DNA from: an uncultured Verrucomicrobiota bacterium
GTDB taxonomy: Bacteria; Verrucomicrobiota; Verrucomicrobiia; Limisphaerales; SIBE01
Length of the DNA stretch: 64,000 nt
NCBI GenBank assembly: GCA_964578605.1
Contig: CAZODO010000001.1
Location: 70,348 to 134,347 of the forward strand
Reading direction: 5' to 3'
Below are positions 8,090 to 18,415 of the stretch, piece after piece. A program made the position numbers and the translations under genes. Under the pieces are notes generated by a model that saw only the letters and a program-made list of their open reading frames with translations, made no database searches and was not told where the DNA came from. Position 1 is the first letter of the stretch; each line of letters opens with the position of its first letter.

Positions 8090-8518
8090 TTAATGCTGAC
8101 AGCAACAACCGCCCGCTTTGGGCATGCAGAATTCCGTCAGGACACCAAAGGTGGATTTGGGGTGGAGGAAAGCAACCAATTTGCCGCCGGCGCCGTCGAA
8201 CGGCTTGTCATTGATGAGCCGGACGCCGGCACTTGCGGCTTGGTTCAGTTGCGTCTGCACGTCGTCCGTGCCAAAGGCGATATGGTGAATGCCGCCGTTG
8301 GGGTTCTTTTCGAGGAACTTGGCAATCGGGCTCTCGGGATCGGTCGGTTCGAGCAACTCAATGTGGACCTCGCCCACTTGGAAGAAGGCGGTGCGAACCT
8401 TTTGCGAAGGCACTTCCTCGCGGTGCTCGCACTTGAGCCCGAGAGCTTTTTCGTAGTAAGGCACCGTTTCGTCCAAGGACCGGACGGCGATGCCGAGATG
8501 GTCGATTTTCTTGATCAT
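8090..8518 (-). CDS. mce: Methylmalonyl-CoA epimerase (VOC/glyoxalase fold)
   Basis: IDHLGIAV, HIELLEP and GGIHHIAF metal-ligand contexts. 142 aa, with an unusual C-terminal tail AGGCCCQH. Its start overlaps the meaB stop by 4 nt. Confidence 0.88.
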   Translation of the reverse strand: MIKKIDHLGIAVRSLDETVPYYEKALGLKCEHREEVPSQKVRTAFFQVGEVHIELLEPTDPESPIAKFLEKNPNGGIHHIAFGTDDVQTQLNQAASAGVRLINDKPFDGAGGKLVAFLHPKSTFGVLTEFCMPKAGGCCCQH

Positions 8519-9597
8519 AAATAAGGGAGGTTCGTCGTTTCGCTTGCCATGACCGGCCGTTGATGCCGGTCATAGGTTTCCAAAAGCGCATGCGCGGCGC
8601 GGACGGCGGTCGTTTCGCCCCGGAGGAGCGCCTGTTGGACGGAGGGGATCTGTTCCAGGACATGCCGGTTATGCTGGAACCGTCGCCGCAATTCGTCGTA
8701 GATCAGATCATCCATCCAATCGAGGAGCTGCCCTTGGCGGCGCTCCGCAAGAAGGCCCTTCTGCTCCGTCGCAGCATAAAATTGTTCGACTTTCTTCCAG
8801 ATCTCCGGAATGCCTTCGCCGGTCAGGGCGGAACAGATGCCTACCTCCGTCTTCCAACCGGGTGTGGCAGGCTGCATGTAATGCAACGCGGCGTCTTGCT
8901 CGGCCCGGGCGTGTTCGGCGCGCGTGCGGTTCTCGCCGTCGGCCTTGTTGATGACGAGATGATCGGCCATTTCAAGAATGCCCCGTTTGATTCCCTGCAG
9001 TTCGTCTCCCGCCCCCGGTAGCAGCAGGACCAGGAAGAAGTCAACCATGGAACGGAGTGCGATCTCACTTTGCCCCACTCCCACACTCTCCACCAGCACC
9101 GTGTCGAACCCGGCGGCTTCGCACAGAAGCATGGTTTCCCGTGTGCGGCGAGCCACGCCGCCAAGGCTTTCCCCCGCCGGCGAAGGGCGAATGAACGCGT
9201 TGGGTTCGCGGCTGAGACGGTCCATGCGCGTCTTGTCACCGAGAATGCTGCCTCCGGACCGGGCACTGCTTGGGTCAATCGTCAGGACGGCCACTCGGTG
9301 GCCCCGCTCGATCAGGAGACACCCGAGTGCTTCAATAAAGGTGCTCTTTCCCACGCCGGGCACCCCGGTAATCCCGATGCGCCTGGCTTTGCCGGTTTGA
9401 GGCAGCAGCCTTTGGAGCAACTCCTGGGCTTGCGCCTCGTGCAGGCGCGAGCCGCTTTCGACCAGGGTAATCGCCCGGGCGAGGAGAGCCCGGTTTCCCT
9501 CCAGCACGCCCTTCGCGTAGTCCTCAGTGCTGAGGGCACGCGGGCGCCGAAGCGGAAGGTTCCCGCTCCCTTGGGCATGCTGGGTGGATTCACTCAT
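8515..9597 (-). CDS. meaB: Methylmalonyl-CoA mutase-associated GTPase MeaB/ArgK
   Basis: P-loop GITGVPGVGKSTFIEALG, DELQGIK and VINKADG motifs. 360 aa. Confidence 0.92.
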   Translation of the reverse strand: MSESTQHAQGSGNLPLRRPRALSTEDYAKGVLEGNRALLARAITLVESGSRLHEAQAQELLQRLLPQTGKARRIGITGVPGVGKSTFIEALGCLLIERGHRVAVLTIDPSSARSGGSILGDKTRMDRLSREPNAFIRPSPAGESLGGVARRTRETMLLCEAAGFDTVLVESVGVGQSEIALRSMVDFFLVLLLPGAGDELQGIKRGILEMADHLVINKADGENRTRAEHARAEQDAALHYMQPATPGWKTEVGICSALTGEGIPEIWKKVEQFYAATEQKGLLAERRQGQLLDWMDDLIYDELRRRFQHNRHVLEQIPSVQQALLRGETTAVRAAHALLETYDRHQRPVMASETTNLPYL

Positions 9598-9724
9598 GTT
9601 TCATTGAGATAAGGCGAATCGGCGGCGGGGCCTTCGATTATCCCCGAGCGATGCTCGCGTTGAGCGGCGCTCCACTGCGGCATCGCACCCGGGATCGGCA
9701 AGGCCCAGCCTCGTGGTTTTGGCC

Positions 9725-11902
9725 TTACTCCAGACGCGCATTCAATTGGGTCAGGATTTCCTTCGCCGCGTCGGGAATAAAGGTGCCTGGACCGAAGACC
9801 GCATCGGCGCCGTTCTTTTTCAAGAAATCATAATCCTGAGGCGGGATCACGCCACCGACCACGACCATGATATCATCGCGGCCGGCCTTCTGGAGTTCCT
9901 CGACGAGTTGGGTGAGCAGCGTCTTGTGCCCGCCGGCGAGCGAGCTGATGCCCACGACATGGACGTCGTTTTCAGAGGCCATCCTGGCTGCTTCGTCAGG
10001 CTGCTGGAACAAGGGGCCGATATCCACGTCGAACCCAAGGTCCGCGTACGCGGTGGCGACCACCTTCGCCCCGCGGTCATGGCCATCCTGACCCATCTTC
10101 GCAATCAGGATGCGTGGGCGGCGCCCGTGCTTATCCGCGAACTGGTCGGTCAGGCGTCGAACCTGCTCAATTTGCGGGTTCTGGCCGAATTCAGACTGAT
10201 AAACGCCGGAAATAGATCGAATCACAGCTTTGTGGCGGTTGAAGACTTTCTCCAAGGCGAACGAAATCTCTCCCAGTGAGGCGCGGGCGCGGGCCGCATC
10301 CACCGCCAAGCCGAGCAAGTTGCCTTCGCCCGATTGAGCGGCCCGGGTCAAGGCATCCAGAGCGCCCTGGACCTTGGCGTTGTCGCGCTCGGATTTGAGT
10401 TTGTGCAGGGTGTCGATCTGGGACTGGCGGACCGCGGTGTTATCCACTTCGAGGACGTCGAGTTGCTCCGCCTTTTCCAAGCGGAACAGGTTCACGCCCA
10501 CAATGGTCTCCTTCCCGGAATCGATATGCGCCTGGCGGCGGGCGGCTGCTTCTTCGATGCGCAGTTTGGGCAGGCCGGTTTCGATGGCCTTGGCCATTCC
10601 GCCGAGGGACTCGACCTCCTGGATGTGGGTCCAGGCGCGTTTCATGATCGCTTGCGTAAGGGCTTCGACAAAGAACGACCCGCCAAACGGATCGATCACC
10701 CGGCAGATGCCCGTCTCTTCCTGGAGCAGGAGTTGCGTATTGCGGGCAATGCGCGCGGAGAAGTCGGTCGGAAGGGCGATGGCCTCATCCAGGGAATTCG
10801 TATGTAACGACTGGGTATGGCCCAGGGCTGCGGCCATGCCTTCGATGCACGTGCGGACGACATTGTTGAACGGGTCCTGCTCGGTGAGCGACCAACCCGA
10901 GGTCTGGGAGTGCGTCCGCAGCGCCATGGACTTGGGATTCTTGGGGTTGAACTGCTTGATCAGCTTGGCCCAGAGCGCCCGTGCGGCGCGCATCTTGGCG
11001 ATCTCCATGAAAAAGTTCTTGCCTTGCGCCCAGAAGAACGAAAGGCGGGGGGCGAACGCGTCGATGTCGATACCGGCCTTGAGCCCGGTGCGGACGTATT
11101 CGAGCCCGTCCGCCAGGGTATAGGCCATTTCGAGATCCGCAGTGGCCCCGGCTTCCTGCATGTGATAGCCCGAGATCGAGATCGAGTTGAACTTGGGCAT
11201 GTTCTTTGACGCAAAGGCAAAGATGTCGGCGATGATGCGCATGGAAGGCGCCGGCGGGTAGATATAGGTGTTGCGCACCATGTATTCTTTCAGGATGTCA
11301 TTCTGGATCGTGCCTGAAAGCTGCTCGAGTTTGGCGCCCTGTTCCTCGGCTGCCACAATGTAGAACGCCATGATGGGCAGCACCGCTCCGTTCATCGTCA
11401 TGGAGACCGAGATGCGGTCGAGCGGGATGGCGTTGAACAGCACCTTCATGTCCAGGACGGAATCCACCGCGACGCCGGCTTTCCCGACGTCAGCGAACGC
11501 CCGCGGGTGATCCGAATCGTAACCCCGGTGCGTCGGCAGGTCGAACGCGACCGACAAGCCCTGCTGTCCCGCGGCAATGTTCCTTCGGTAAAAGGCGTTG
11601 CTCTCGTGGGCGGTGGAAAAACCGGCGTATTGGCGCACGGTCCAGGGCTTCGAAACATACATGGACCCATAGGGGCCGCGAACGTAAGGCGCGATGCCGG
11701 GAAGCGTCTCCAAATGTTCCGCGTCCTTGAGGTCGTCCGCCGTGTAAAGCGGTTGGAGATCGATCTGTTCAAGGGTCTTGTGAGCCCATTGCTCGAGCGA
11801 TCTGCCGGTTTCGGCTTCAAAATGGGCGCGCCAAGCGTCGTATCCCACGGGCGCGGGTGCGGCCTCAAACGGGATCTGGTTGAAATCAGGGAAGGTCATC
11901 AT
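9725..11902 (-). CDS. mutB: Methylmalonyl-CoA mutase large (alpha) subunit, B12-binding
   Basis: 725 aa. The C-terminal B12 domain carries the DxHxxG motif ([23 protein letters not shown]). The N-terminal TIM-barrel region is typical of MCM. Confidence 0.93.
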   Translation of the reverse strand: MMTFPDFNQIPFEAAPAPVGYDAWRAHFEAETGRSLEQWAHKTLEQIDLQPLYTADDLKDAEHLETLPGIAPYVRGPYGSMYVSKPWTVRQYAGFSTAHESNAFYRRNIAAGQQGLSVAFDLPTHRGYDSDHPRAFADVGKAGVAVDSVLDMKVLFNAIPLDRISVSMTMNGAVLPIMAFYIVAAEEQGAKLEQLSGTIQNDILKEYMVRNTYIYPPAPSMRIIADIFAFASKNMPKFNSISISGYHMQEAGATADLEMAYTLADGLEYVRTGLKAGIDIDAFAPRLSFFWAQGKNFFMEIAKMRAARALWAKLIKQFNPKNPKSMALRTHSQTSGWSLTEQDPFNNVVRTCIEGMAAALGHTQSLHTNSLDEAIALPTDFSARIARNTQLLLQEETGICRVIDPFGGSFFVEALTQAIMKRAWTHIQEVESLGGMAKAIETGLPKLRIEEAAARRQAHIDSGKETIVGVNLFRLEKAEQLDVLEVDNTAVRQSQIDTLHKLKSERDNAKVQGALDALTRAAQSGEGNLLGLAVDAARARASLGEISFALEKVFNRHKAVIRSISGVYQSEFGQNPQIEQVRRLTDQFADKHGRRPRILIAKMGQDGHDRGAKVVATAYADLGFDVDIGPLFQQPDEAARMASENDVHVVGISSLAGGHKTLLTQLVEELQKAGRDDIMVVVGGVIPPQDYDFLKKNGADAVFGPGTFIPDAAKEILTQLNARLE

Positions 11903-14052
11903 CGGATTCCTAAGCGTTGCTGCAAATTGGCAAGGAGTTGCACAGCGTCGGCGCGGATATGAATAAACGCATCCACTCCGGTCTGTTTATGGGCTTCCAC
12001 CTGGTCTTGGGGAAACCCGGCGAGGACCACGATCGTCTCTGGCTGTTTCGCCTGGAGGGCGGGCACCAGGGCGGGGACCAAGGCGGGATACTTGTCATCG
12101 GTAGAGCAAATCACGGCGATCCGTGCGCCTGAGTTGGCGAACGCGTCCGCGGCGGCTTCGGGCGTCTTAAAGCCGTCGGGCGACAGCACTTCAAATCCGC
12201 CCACGCCGAAGAAACCTCGGGAAAAATCGGCCCGCGCCTTGTAATCGCGCAGAGATCCCATATTGCAGAGGAACACACGGGGCCGATCCTTGCCCTCCTT
12301 CATAAAGGCGTCCATGGCGATCCGGAGCCTTTCCACGGAAGCCGCCAGGCGGGTGATGCATACCGGCGTTACCGGTTCGCACGGCGTTTCATTGATGCGG
12401 ACCGCACGGGTGATCTCGCCGATCGTCGCCCCGGCCGCGACCGCCTCGACGCAGGCTTCAAACAGCCCGATGCCTTTGCTCTCTACGACCGCCGCCAACC
12501 GCTCGAGAACAATCTCGCTTTCTTCGTCTTCCATCGAGGTGCGATGGGCGGACACTTGCTGGACGCGGCGTTTGTGGAACGCCTTGGCATCGAACGGGGT
12601 GCCTTCGAGAAGCTTCTCTTTAGGGTTGGCGTACTGATTCACGCCCACAATGGAATCGCGGCGCCGATTGACGGCTTTGATCCGTTCCGCGGCCGTTTCC
12701 GCGACCGCCTTTTGCGGGAATCCCGCCCGGAGCGCCGCGGCCATGCCGCCCATTTTCTCCACTTCCTGGAAGAGGCCCCAAGCTTTCGCCGCCAATTCCG
12801 CGGTCAGGCTTTCGACAAACCATGATCCTCCGACCGGGTCAATCACATGATCCAATTGGCACTCGCGCTGCAGAATGAGCTGGGTATTCCGCGCGATCCG
12901 CTGGCTGAAATCGTCTGGCCTCCGGACCACTTCGTCGAAAGCGCCCACCTGCATGCTGTGGCACCCACCCAATACCCCGGCGAACGCTTCGACCGTCGAG
13001 CGCAGCAGGTTGTTGTACGGGTCGTAAACCGTCTTGTTCCAGCACGACGTCCGGATGTGCAGCGTCGCTCTTTGGGCTTGCTCGCTCCCGCCGCACGCGG
13101 CCACCGCGCGGGACCAGAGCATGCGGAGGGCCCGCAGCTTGGCGATCTCGGTAAAGAAGTTCTCCCCAATGGTCATGGCGAACCTCAGCCGCGGCGCCAC
13201 CTTTTCCACGTCCAATTCACGCCGATGCATCTCGCGCAGGTATTCCACCGCGATGCCCAGTGTGAAAGCCAGTTCCTGGACGGCGCTGCCGCCTGCTTCA
13301 TGCCAGGCGCGGCTGTGCGCGCAAATCGTCTGCAACCGCGGGGCGTGCTCGGCCGCCCAGCGTGTCAAAGCTGCCATTTCGCGGTAAGCGCCTTCGAACG
13401 ATTGCGGCAGCCGCCCTTCATGGGCGAGCACGCCAAGCGGATCCATCTCGATGCAGCCGCGGAGGGCGGTCGGCGTCTTGCGGCGCTTGCGCGCCAGCGC
13501 GACCAACAGGGCGGCGAAAGGCATCGCGGAGGCCCCGGACCGGATCAACAGCGACGTGGTTTCCAGGTCGATCCCCTCCAAAGCCCGGTCCAGGTCGTTC
13601 AATGTCGCGATGGACAATCCGCCCAGCCCGACTTCTTCCGGCCGCGCCCAGTCGGGGTCATGGCCGCTCCGGGTGGCCTGGTCCAGGTTCATGTTCAGCG
13701 CCGTCAAACCGCGGCTGATATAGTTGCGGGCGGCGTTGTTGAATTCGGTGGGGCTCGGCGTCGCGATCTCCTGGGACACCTCCCAGGAATTCTTGACGTA
13801 GCCGCTCGCGGTCGCGCCGCGCACGAACGGGGCAAACCCCGGGAACGAGTTCACATGCGGCAAGCCGCACACGTCGTCCTGGCGATAGAGTGGCTTAAGC
13901 GTGATGCCCTCGTAGGTCGGCGTGAACATCTTCTTGTCGAAAGGCGCGCCTTTCAGCTCGGCTTCGACCAGTTTGCGCCACGCTTCATATGGAGCCGGGG
14001 GGAACTCAGTCAGCAGCTTCCCGGGACCGGGTTGAATCTCTGGGGAACTCAT
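11899..14052 (-). CDS. mutA: Methylmalonyl-CoA mutase small (beta) subunit
   Basis: 717 aa and MCM-like throughout, but the C-terminal Rossmann-like domain lacks DxHxxG ([31 protein letters not shown]). There is a 4-nt overlap with mutB. Confidence 0.88.
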   Translation of the reverse strand: MSSPEIQPGPGKLLTEFPPAPYEAWRKLVEAELKGAPFDKKMFTPTYEGITLKPLYRQDDVCGLPHVNSFPGFAPFVRGATASGYVKNSWEVSQEIATPSPTEFNNAARNYISRGLTALNMNLDQATRSGHDPDWARPEEVGLGGLSIATLNDLDRALEGIDLETTSLLIRSGASAMPFAALLVALARKRRKTPTALRGCIEMDPLGVLAHEGRLPQSFEGAYREMAALTRWAAEHAPRLQTICAHSRAWHEAGGSAVQELAFTLGIAVEYLREMHRRELDVEKVAPRLRFAMTIGENFFTEIAKLRALRMLWSRAVAACGGSEQAQRATLHIRTSCWNKTVYDPYNNLLRSTVEAFAGVLGGCHSMQVGAFDEVVRRPDDFSQRIARNTQLILQRECQLDHVIDPVGGSWFVESLTAELAAKAWGLFQEVEKMGGMAAALRAGFPQKAVAETAAERIKAVNRRRDSIVGVNQYANPKEKLLEGTPFDAKAFHKRRVQQVSAHRTSMEDEESEIVLERLAAVVESKGIGLFEACVEAVAAGATIGEITRAVRINETPCEPVTPVCITRLAASVERLRIAMDAFMKEGKDRPRVFLCNMGSLRDYKARADFSRGFFGVGGFEVLSPDGFKTPEAAADAFANSGARIAVICSTDDKYPALVPALVPALQAKQPETIVVLAGFPQDQVEAHKQTGVDAFIHIRADAVQLLANLQQRLGIR

Positions 14053-14074
14053 AAGAATGCTTGGGTAGGGAGGC

Positions 14075-15604
14075 TTAGCCTTCCATGGTCTCTCCGGTTA
14101 CCGCATGCCGTTTCCCGTTGACCGTTATAAACATCCGATGCGCCGCGCCGTTCGGCAGGCGGGCGGAAACGGAGGCAGCCGACGCCGGCGTGGGGGCGGC
14201 TGCGGCCGAAGCGGGGCTGGGCGCCGCGGGCGCCGCCGGAGTCGCGGCGGCGGTCTTCTTGTAAAGCGCTTCCACCTGCTGCGGGAACATCGCAAACAAC
14301 ACCACCGTTTCGTCGTCGACCGGAAGGCCTTTGTCGGCGCATTGCTTGCGGTACTTCTCCATCCCGGGCTCCAGGAGATCGGCCGGCCGTGTGGTGACGG
14401 GTTTCTTCCCGGTCTGTTTCTCGACTTGCTCGAGCACGTTCGGAGCGATCGGGCCGGGGGTCTTGCCATACTTCCCGAGAGCGATGTCCTGGGCGGGTTG
14501 GCAGATCATTTTCCAACGGCCGAACTTCACGTTCATCATGGCCTGGGTGCCGACGATCTGGGAGGTTGGCGTCACCAGCGGAATCCAGCCCAAGGCCTCG
14601 CGCACGACCGGGATTTCCTTGACCACCTGGTCAAAACGGTCGGCCATGCCCTGTTCCTTCAATTGGGTGCGGAAGTTCGACAGCATGCCGCCAGGCACCT
14701 GGTAAATCAAAATGTCGCTATCCACCCGCTCGTTGGCCGGGCTAGTGAAGGCGGCCAATTCCTTGTAAACGCCTTCGAAATAATCGCGCAGTTTGGCCAG
14801 CTTCTCCGTGTCGAATTTCGGGCAGCGCGGGTGCTCTTCCAACAAGGCCAGCATCCGCTGCGTGTCCGGCTGCGACGTCCCGTTCGCGAACGGCACGATA
14901 GAGACTTCGACGCAGTCCACGCCGGCGTCGATCGCCGCGAGGTAGCTTGAAGCCCCTAACCCAGCCGTGTCATGCGTATGGAGCGTGATGGGGATGCCGA
15001 CCCGCGCTTTCAACTCTTTCACCAGGTGGGAAGCAATCTGCGGCTGGATGATCCCCGACATATCCTTGATGCCGATCGAATCGCAGCCCATCTTCTCCAA
15101 CTCGACCCCCATCTTGACGAAATTGTCCACCGTATGGACCGGGCTGATCGTGTAGCAAAGTTCGCCCCGGGCATGTTTGCCGTATTTCTTCACCGACTTG
15201 ATCGCCGTCTCGAGGTTGCGCACGTCATTGAGGGCGTCGAAAATGCGCACGATGTCCATTCCGTTCTGGCACATGCACCGCACGAACGCCTCCACCACGT
15301 CGTCCGGGAAGCTCGCATACTGGACGATGTTCTGCCCGCGCAGGAGCATGAGCTGCGGTGTTTTGGGCGCGACGCGTTTCAGCGTGCGCAGCCGGTCGAA
15401 CGGGTTCTCGTTCAAATAGCGGAGGCAGGAATCGATGGTTGCGCCGCCCCAGGTTTCCAGCCCATGGAATCCCATCTCATCCAAGATCGGAGCCGGGGTT
15501 AGCATCTGCGCGGTGGTCATGCGCGTTGCTGCCATCGACTGGTGCCCGTCGCGCAGGACGGTATTATTGAAAAGGACTGGTTTAGCGCTCACGTTGGTTC
15601 CCAA
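14075..15604 (-). CDS. Transcarboxylase 5S subunit / oxaloacetate decarboxylase alpha-like carboxyltransferase (no biotinyl domain)
   Basis: HMGL-like TIM-barrel motifs VLFNNTVLRDGHQS, GIKDMSGII and LHTHDTAGLG. 509 aa. It ends with a Pro/Ala linker plus MFITVNGKRHAVTGETMEG. Confidence 0.9.
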   Translation of the reverse strand: MGTNVSAKPVLFNNTVLRDGHQSMAATRMTTAQMLTPAPILDEMGFHGLETWGGATIDSCLRYLNENPFDRLRTLKRVAPKTPQLMLLRGQNIVQYASFPDDVVEAFVRCMCQNGMDIVRIFDALNDVRNLETAIKSVKKYGKHARGELCYTISPVHTVDNFVKMGVELEKMGCDSIGIKDMSGIIQPQIASHLVKELKARVGIPITLHTHDTAGLGASSYLAAIDAGVDCVEVSIVPFANGTSQPDTQRMLALLEEHPRCPKFDTEKLAKLRDYFEGVYKELAAFTSPANERVDSDILIYQVPGGMLSNFRTQLKEQGMADRFDQVVKEIPVVREALGWIPLVTPTSQIVGTQAMMNVKFGRWKMICQPAQDIALGKYGKTPGPIAPNVLEQVEKQTGKKPVTTRPADLLEPGMEKYRKQCADKGLPVDDETVVLFAMFPQQVEALYKKTAAATPAAPAAPSPASAAAAPTPASAASVSARLPNGAAHRMFITVNGKRHAVTGETMEG

Positions 15605-15833
15605 TTTCGCTCAATCAATTTGTAATGCAGCGGCGGAAAAAAGGTGGGGTGTCACGCTCCCTTACAGGCGGTGGTTCTTGCCTGAAAGCCCTTCGTTCCG
15701 TCTCCGCAGTCCTTAGAACATGCCACATTTCCGCCCAGATGCGCTCAACGTTTCTTGGCCGGCAATCGGCAAATGTTGTTTATTAGATCCGGAAACGATT
15801 CTCTCCATTTTCCCGATGCCCTCTAATCCGTCT

Positions 15834-16511
15834 TCACTCCTCGGCGCCGGGGGTCTTTCCCTCTCGATCTGTCTGCCGTGGAGAACGTTCCATCTGTTTC
15901 CGCGTTAGTTTCAACGTCCGGCCCAAACGGCTGAACAAACCCCGGCGCCGCTCCGGGGCAGGTTGTGGACTGGGTGGCGCGGCGTCCAGGGGAAGCGCTT
16001 GCGCGCTGCATAGCGAACAAAACGCCAGCGAATCTCCGGAGACGCGCCGGATCACCCGGACGCACGATTCGCACAGTGTCTGCTGGCATTGGGTGCACCG
16101 ATATTCCGCGCGGATCCCTGGGTGGGTAACACAGGCCGCGTTTCCATCGGGGAGCACCAACGGCGCGCCCACACCTCCGGAGAAAAGGTCCGGCACGCGG
16201 ATTTCGACTCGGCCATCCTCGTCAGGGAGTTCCTCGAGTTGAAGATCAATATTCCCCGCCTGCAGCACCTGGCCGGATCGCATCACCGACTCCTGGACCG
16301 GCACATTGTCGATGCACGTTCCGTTGGTCGAGTTCAGGTCCCGTACGAAAACCCCGGCTCCGAGGAGGATCACCTCACAATGGGACGATGAGATGGACGG
16401 GTCCGGGACCTGGAAATGGTTCTCCGTGCCACGCCCGATCCGATTGACTCCCGGCCGGAGTTTCAATGCGCGGCCCTGTTGGACCCCGTTCATCATGAGT
16501 AATCGCCACAT
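15834..16511 (-). CDS. FHA domain protein with C-terminal B-box/zinc-ribbon-like Cys cluster
   Basis: N-terminal FHA: NRIGRGTENHFQVPDPSISSSHCEVILLGAGVFVRDLNSTNGTCID. C-terminal Cys cluster: CVTHPGIRAEYRCTQCQQTLCESCV...FCSLC. Confidence 0.8.
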   Translation of the reverse strand: MWRLLMMNGVQQGRALKLRPGVNRIGRGTENHFQVPDPSISSSHCEVILLGAGVFVRDLNSTNGTCIDNVPVQESVMRSGQVLQAGNIDLQLEELPDEDGRVEIRVPDLFSGGVGAPLVLPDGNAACVTHPGIRAEYRCTQCQQTLCESCVRVIRRVSGDSLAFCSLCSAQALPLDAAPPSPQPAPERRRGLFSRLGRTLKLTRKQMERSPRQTDREGKTPGAEE

Positions 16512-16854
16512 ACGCGGCTGGTGTCGCGGAGCGAATTTGTCGTAAGCCTTGGCCTACCCATACTCCCGGTTGACGGGCCTGTCGATATGGAATCTCGAGG
16601 CCTGGGGAAGGGGGGGCAACTCACCGTTTCCGGTTGGCCTCGCAATCGTTCTCGTATTCCTCCGGCCCGGCTGGGGCCTTTTCCTTCCCCTAAACGATCA
16701 AAAACGCCGGTTTCGATTACGATTAGGAGATTCTGCCAGGCGGAAAGCGTCAGATGCGCCCACCGCGGCCAGGGTCATGAAAAATCTGCTTCCGCACCGG
16801 CTCGAATTGACGCAGGGTTGTCGCCGTTGAAACCCACATATTAGCGCGAATTCC

Positions 16855-17772
16855 ATGAAAATAACTATCCGCACGGTTTCAGTGGCTTCTCTGATTGGAT
16901 TCCTGTCGGCCGCCCAGGCTGCCGAATCGGCGGACGGCTTGCTCGCCCCAGGGGCGAAGGTCCAAAAACTTTCAGGCGACTTTCAGTTTACCGAAGGTCC
17001 GACCGCCGATGCCGAGGGGAACGTCTTTTTCACCGACCAACCGAACAACCGCATCATGAAGTGGGGTGTTGATGGACAATTATCGACCTTCATGCAACCG
17101 GCAGGAAGGGCTAACGGCATGTATTTCGATTCCAAGGGTCACCTGATCGCGTGCGCTGACGAGAAGACCGAGATGTGGTCGATCACTCCTGAGGGAAAGG
17201 TGACGGTGCTTTTCGGGGAGTTTGAGGGCAAGATGCTGAACGGTCCTAACGATGTCTGGGCAAGTCCCCGCGGCGGGCTGTACTTTACCGACCCCTTTTA
17301 TAAGCGGCCATGGTGGAACCACGAACGGATGCCCCAGGACGGGCAGCATGTCTACTACGCGGAACAGTCGGGCGGGCGTTGGAAGCTCCGCCGGGTTGCG
17401 GAAGATCTCAGGCAGCCCAACGGCATTATTGGCACGCCGGATGGCCGCACCTTGTATGTGGCCGACATCGGGGCGCGGAAGACCTACCGCTACATGATCC
17501 AGGACGACGGTTCTCTGAGTGGGAAGACGCTCTTTTGCGATATGGGCTCGGATGGCATGACGCTCGACAGCCAAGGCAATGTTTACCTTACCGGGCGTGG
17601 CGTGTTCGTCTTCAACGCGAGTGGGAAGCAGGTCCAGCATATCGAAGTGCCCGAATCGTGGACGGCCAACGTATCGTTCGGAGGCTCAGACCGGCAGACA
17701 CTCTTCATCACCGCGAGCCGTGGCCTTTATGCGGTGAAGCTGAATGTGAAGGGCGCCAGGCTATCGAAATGA
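16855..17772 (+). CDS. SMP-30/gluconolactonase/LRE-family protein, secreted
   Basis: Signal peptide MKITIRTVSVASLIGFLSAAQA. FTEGPTADAEGNVFFTDQPNNRIMKW and PNGIIGTPDGRTLYVAD are typical six-blade propeller lactonase motifs. Confidence 0.85.
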   Translation: MKITIRTVSVASLIGFLSAAQAAESADGLLAPGAKVQKLSGDFQFTEGPTADAEGNVFFTDQPNNRIMKWGVDGQLSTFMQPAGRANGMYFDSKGHLIACADEKTEMWSITPEGKVTVLFGEFEGKMLNGPNDVWASPRGGLYFTDPFYKRPWWNHERMPQDGQHVYYAEQSGGRWKLRRVAEDLRQPNGIIGTPDGRTLYVADIGARKTYRYMIQDDGSLSGKTLFCDMGSDGMTLDSQGNVYLTGRGVFVFNASGKQVQHIEVPESWTANVSFGGSDRQTLFITASRGLYAVKLNVKGARLSK

Positions 17773-17794
17773 TGGCGAGAGCACGGGCGAGAAC

Positions 17795-18130
17795 TCAAAG
17801 TATCGCATTGGCCAGGAACTCCACGAACTGGTGCCAGTGCTGAGCGAGGTGCGCCAATTCGGCGTGGAGGTTCAAGACCGCTAGCGACGCGAAGAGCCCC
17901 AGCACGAACAACACCGCCCCCTGGAGATCCTGCGCGGTGACATTGCGATCGCGAAGGGCAGGGGAGTCCGCCTCTGGGCCTGCGGGCTTTGCGAGCCAGG
18001 GCTGAGTGCGCGTTTTTTGGGGCGAGTGCCAAACCCTGACGGTCGAATTGTCGGCGGCTGGCGAGCGACGGTCCGGGCTGGGCCGGACCGTCGCGGGTGG
18101 TCCCTCATTTACAATGGCTCCCGTTTTCAT
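17795..18130 (-). CDS. Hypothetical small protein with one C-terminal TM helix
   Basis: 111 aa. Third-codon positions are mostly G/C, as in neighbouring genes. There is a hydrophobic segment AVLFVLGLFASLAVLNL but no recognisable motif. Confidence 0.3.
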   Translation of the reverse strand: MKTGAIVNEGPPATVRPSPDRRSPAADNSTVRVWHSPQKTRTQPWLAKPAGPEADSPALRDRNVTAQDLQGAVLFVLGLFASLAVLNLHAELAHLAQHWHQFVEFLANAIL

Positions 18131-18415
18131 GGGCGGCTGGGTGTGTCTTAGTTCGGTTCAAGCCTGTTTCGAGAACGGTGCGCGGCTGCAATCGGACAGG
18201 CCGCGTTCTTTGAAGGGATCTTACCGCGCGACTGGCCACCCACAATGGACCTTTGGGTGTAGTCGGCAGGGCCTTGCTTCTGCGCGATGAGCTTGGCCTG
18301 GCAGGCGCGACGGGATTTTCACGCGACCCGGAAATTCGGAAGGGCGCCTTTTCAGACTTCCCCAAGACGGGCCTTCCTGATATAAGGTCCGGAACGGAAT
18401 TGAGATGGATTGACT

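Noticed and set aside
14053-14074. Possibility that the 5S gene lost a biotinyl domain through a frameshift or assembly error.
   Set aside because: Only 22 nt separate the 5S stop from the mutA start, and no biotinyl (AMKM) motif exists in any frame there. The carrier is encoded separately at 5610..6044.
16610-16616. G7 homopolymer in the FHA/gluconolactonase divergent spacer as a phase-variation tract.
   Set aside because: Seven residues is short for slipped-strand switching, and it is not positioned between recognisable -35/-10 elements or inside a coding region.
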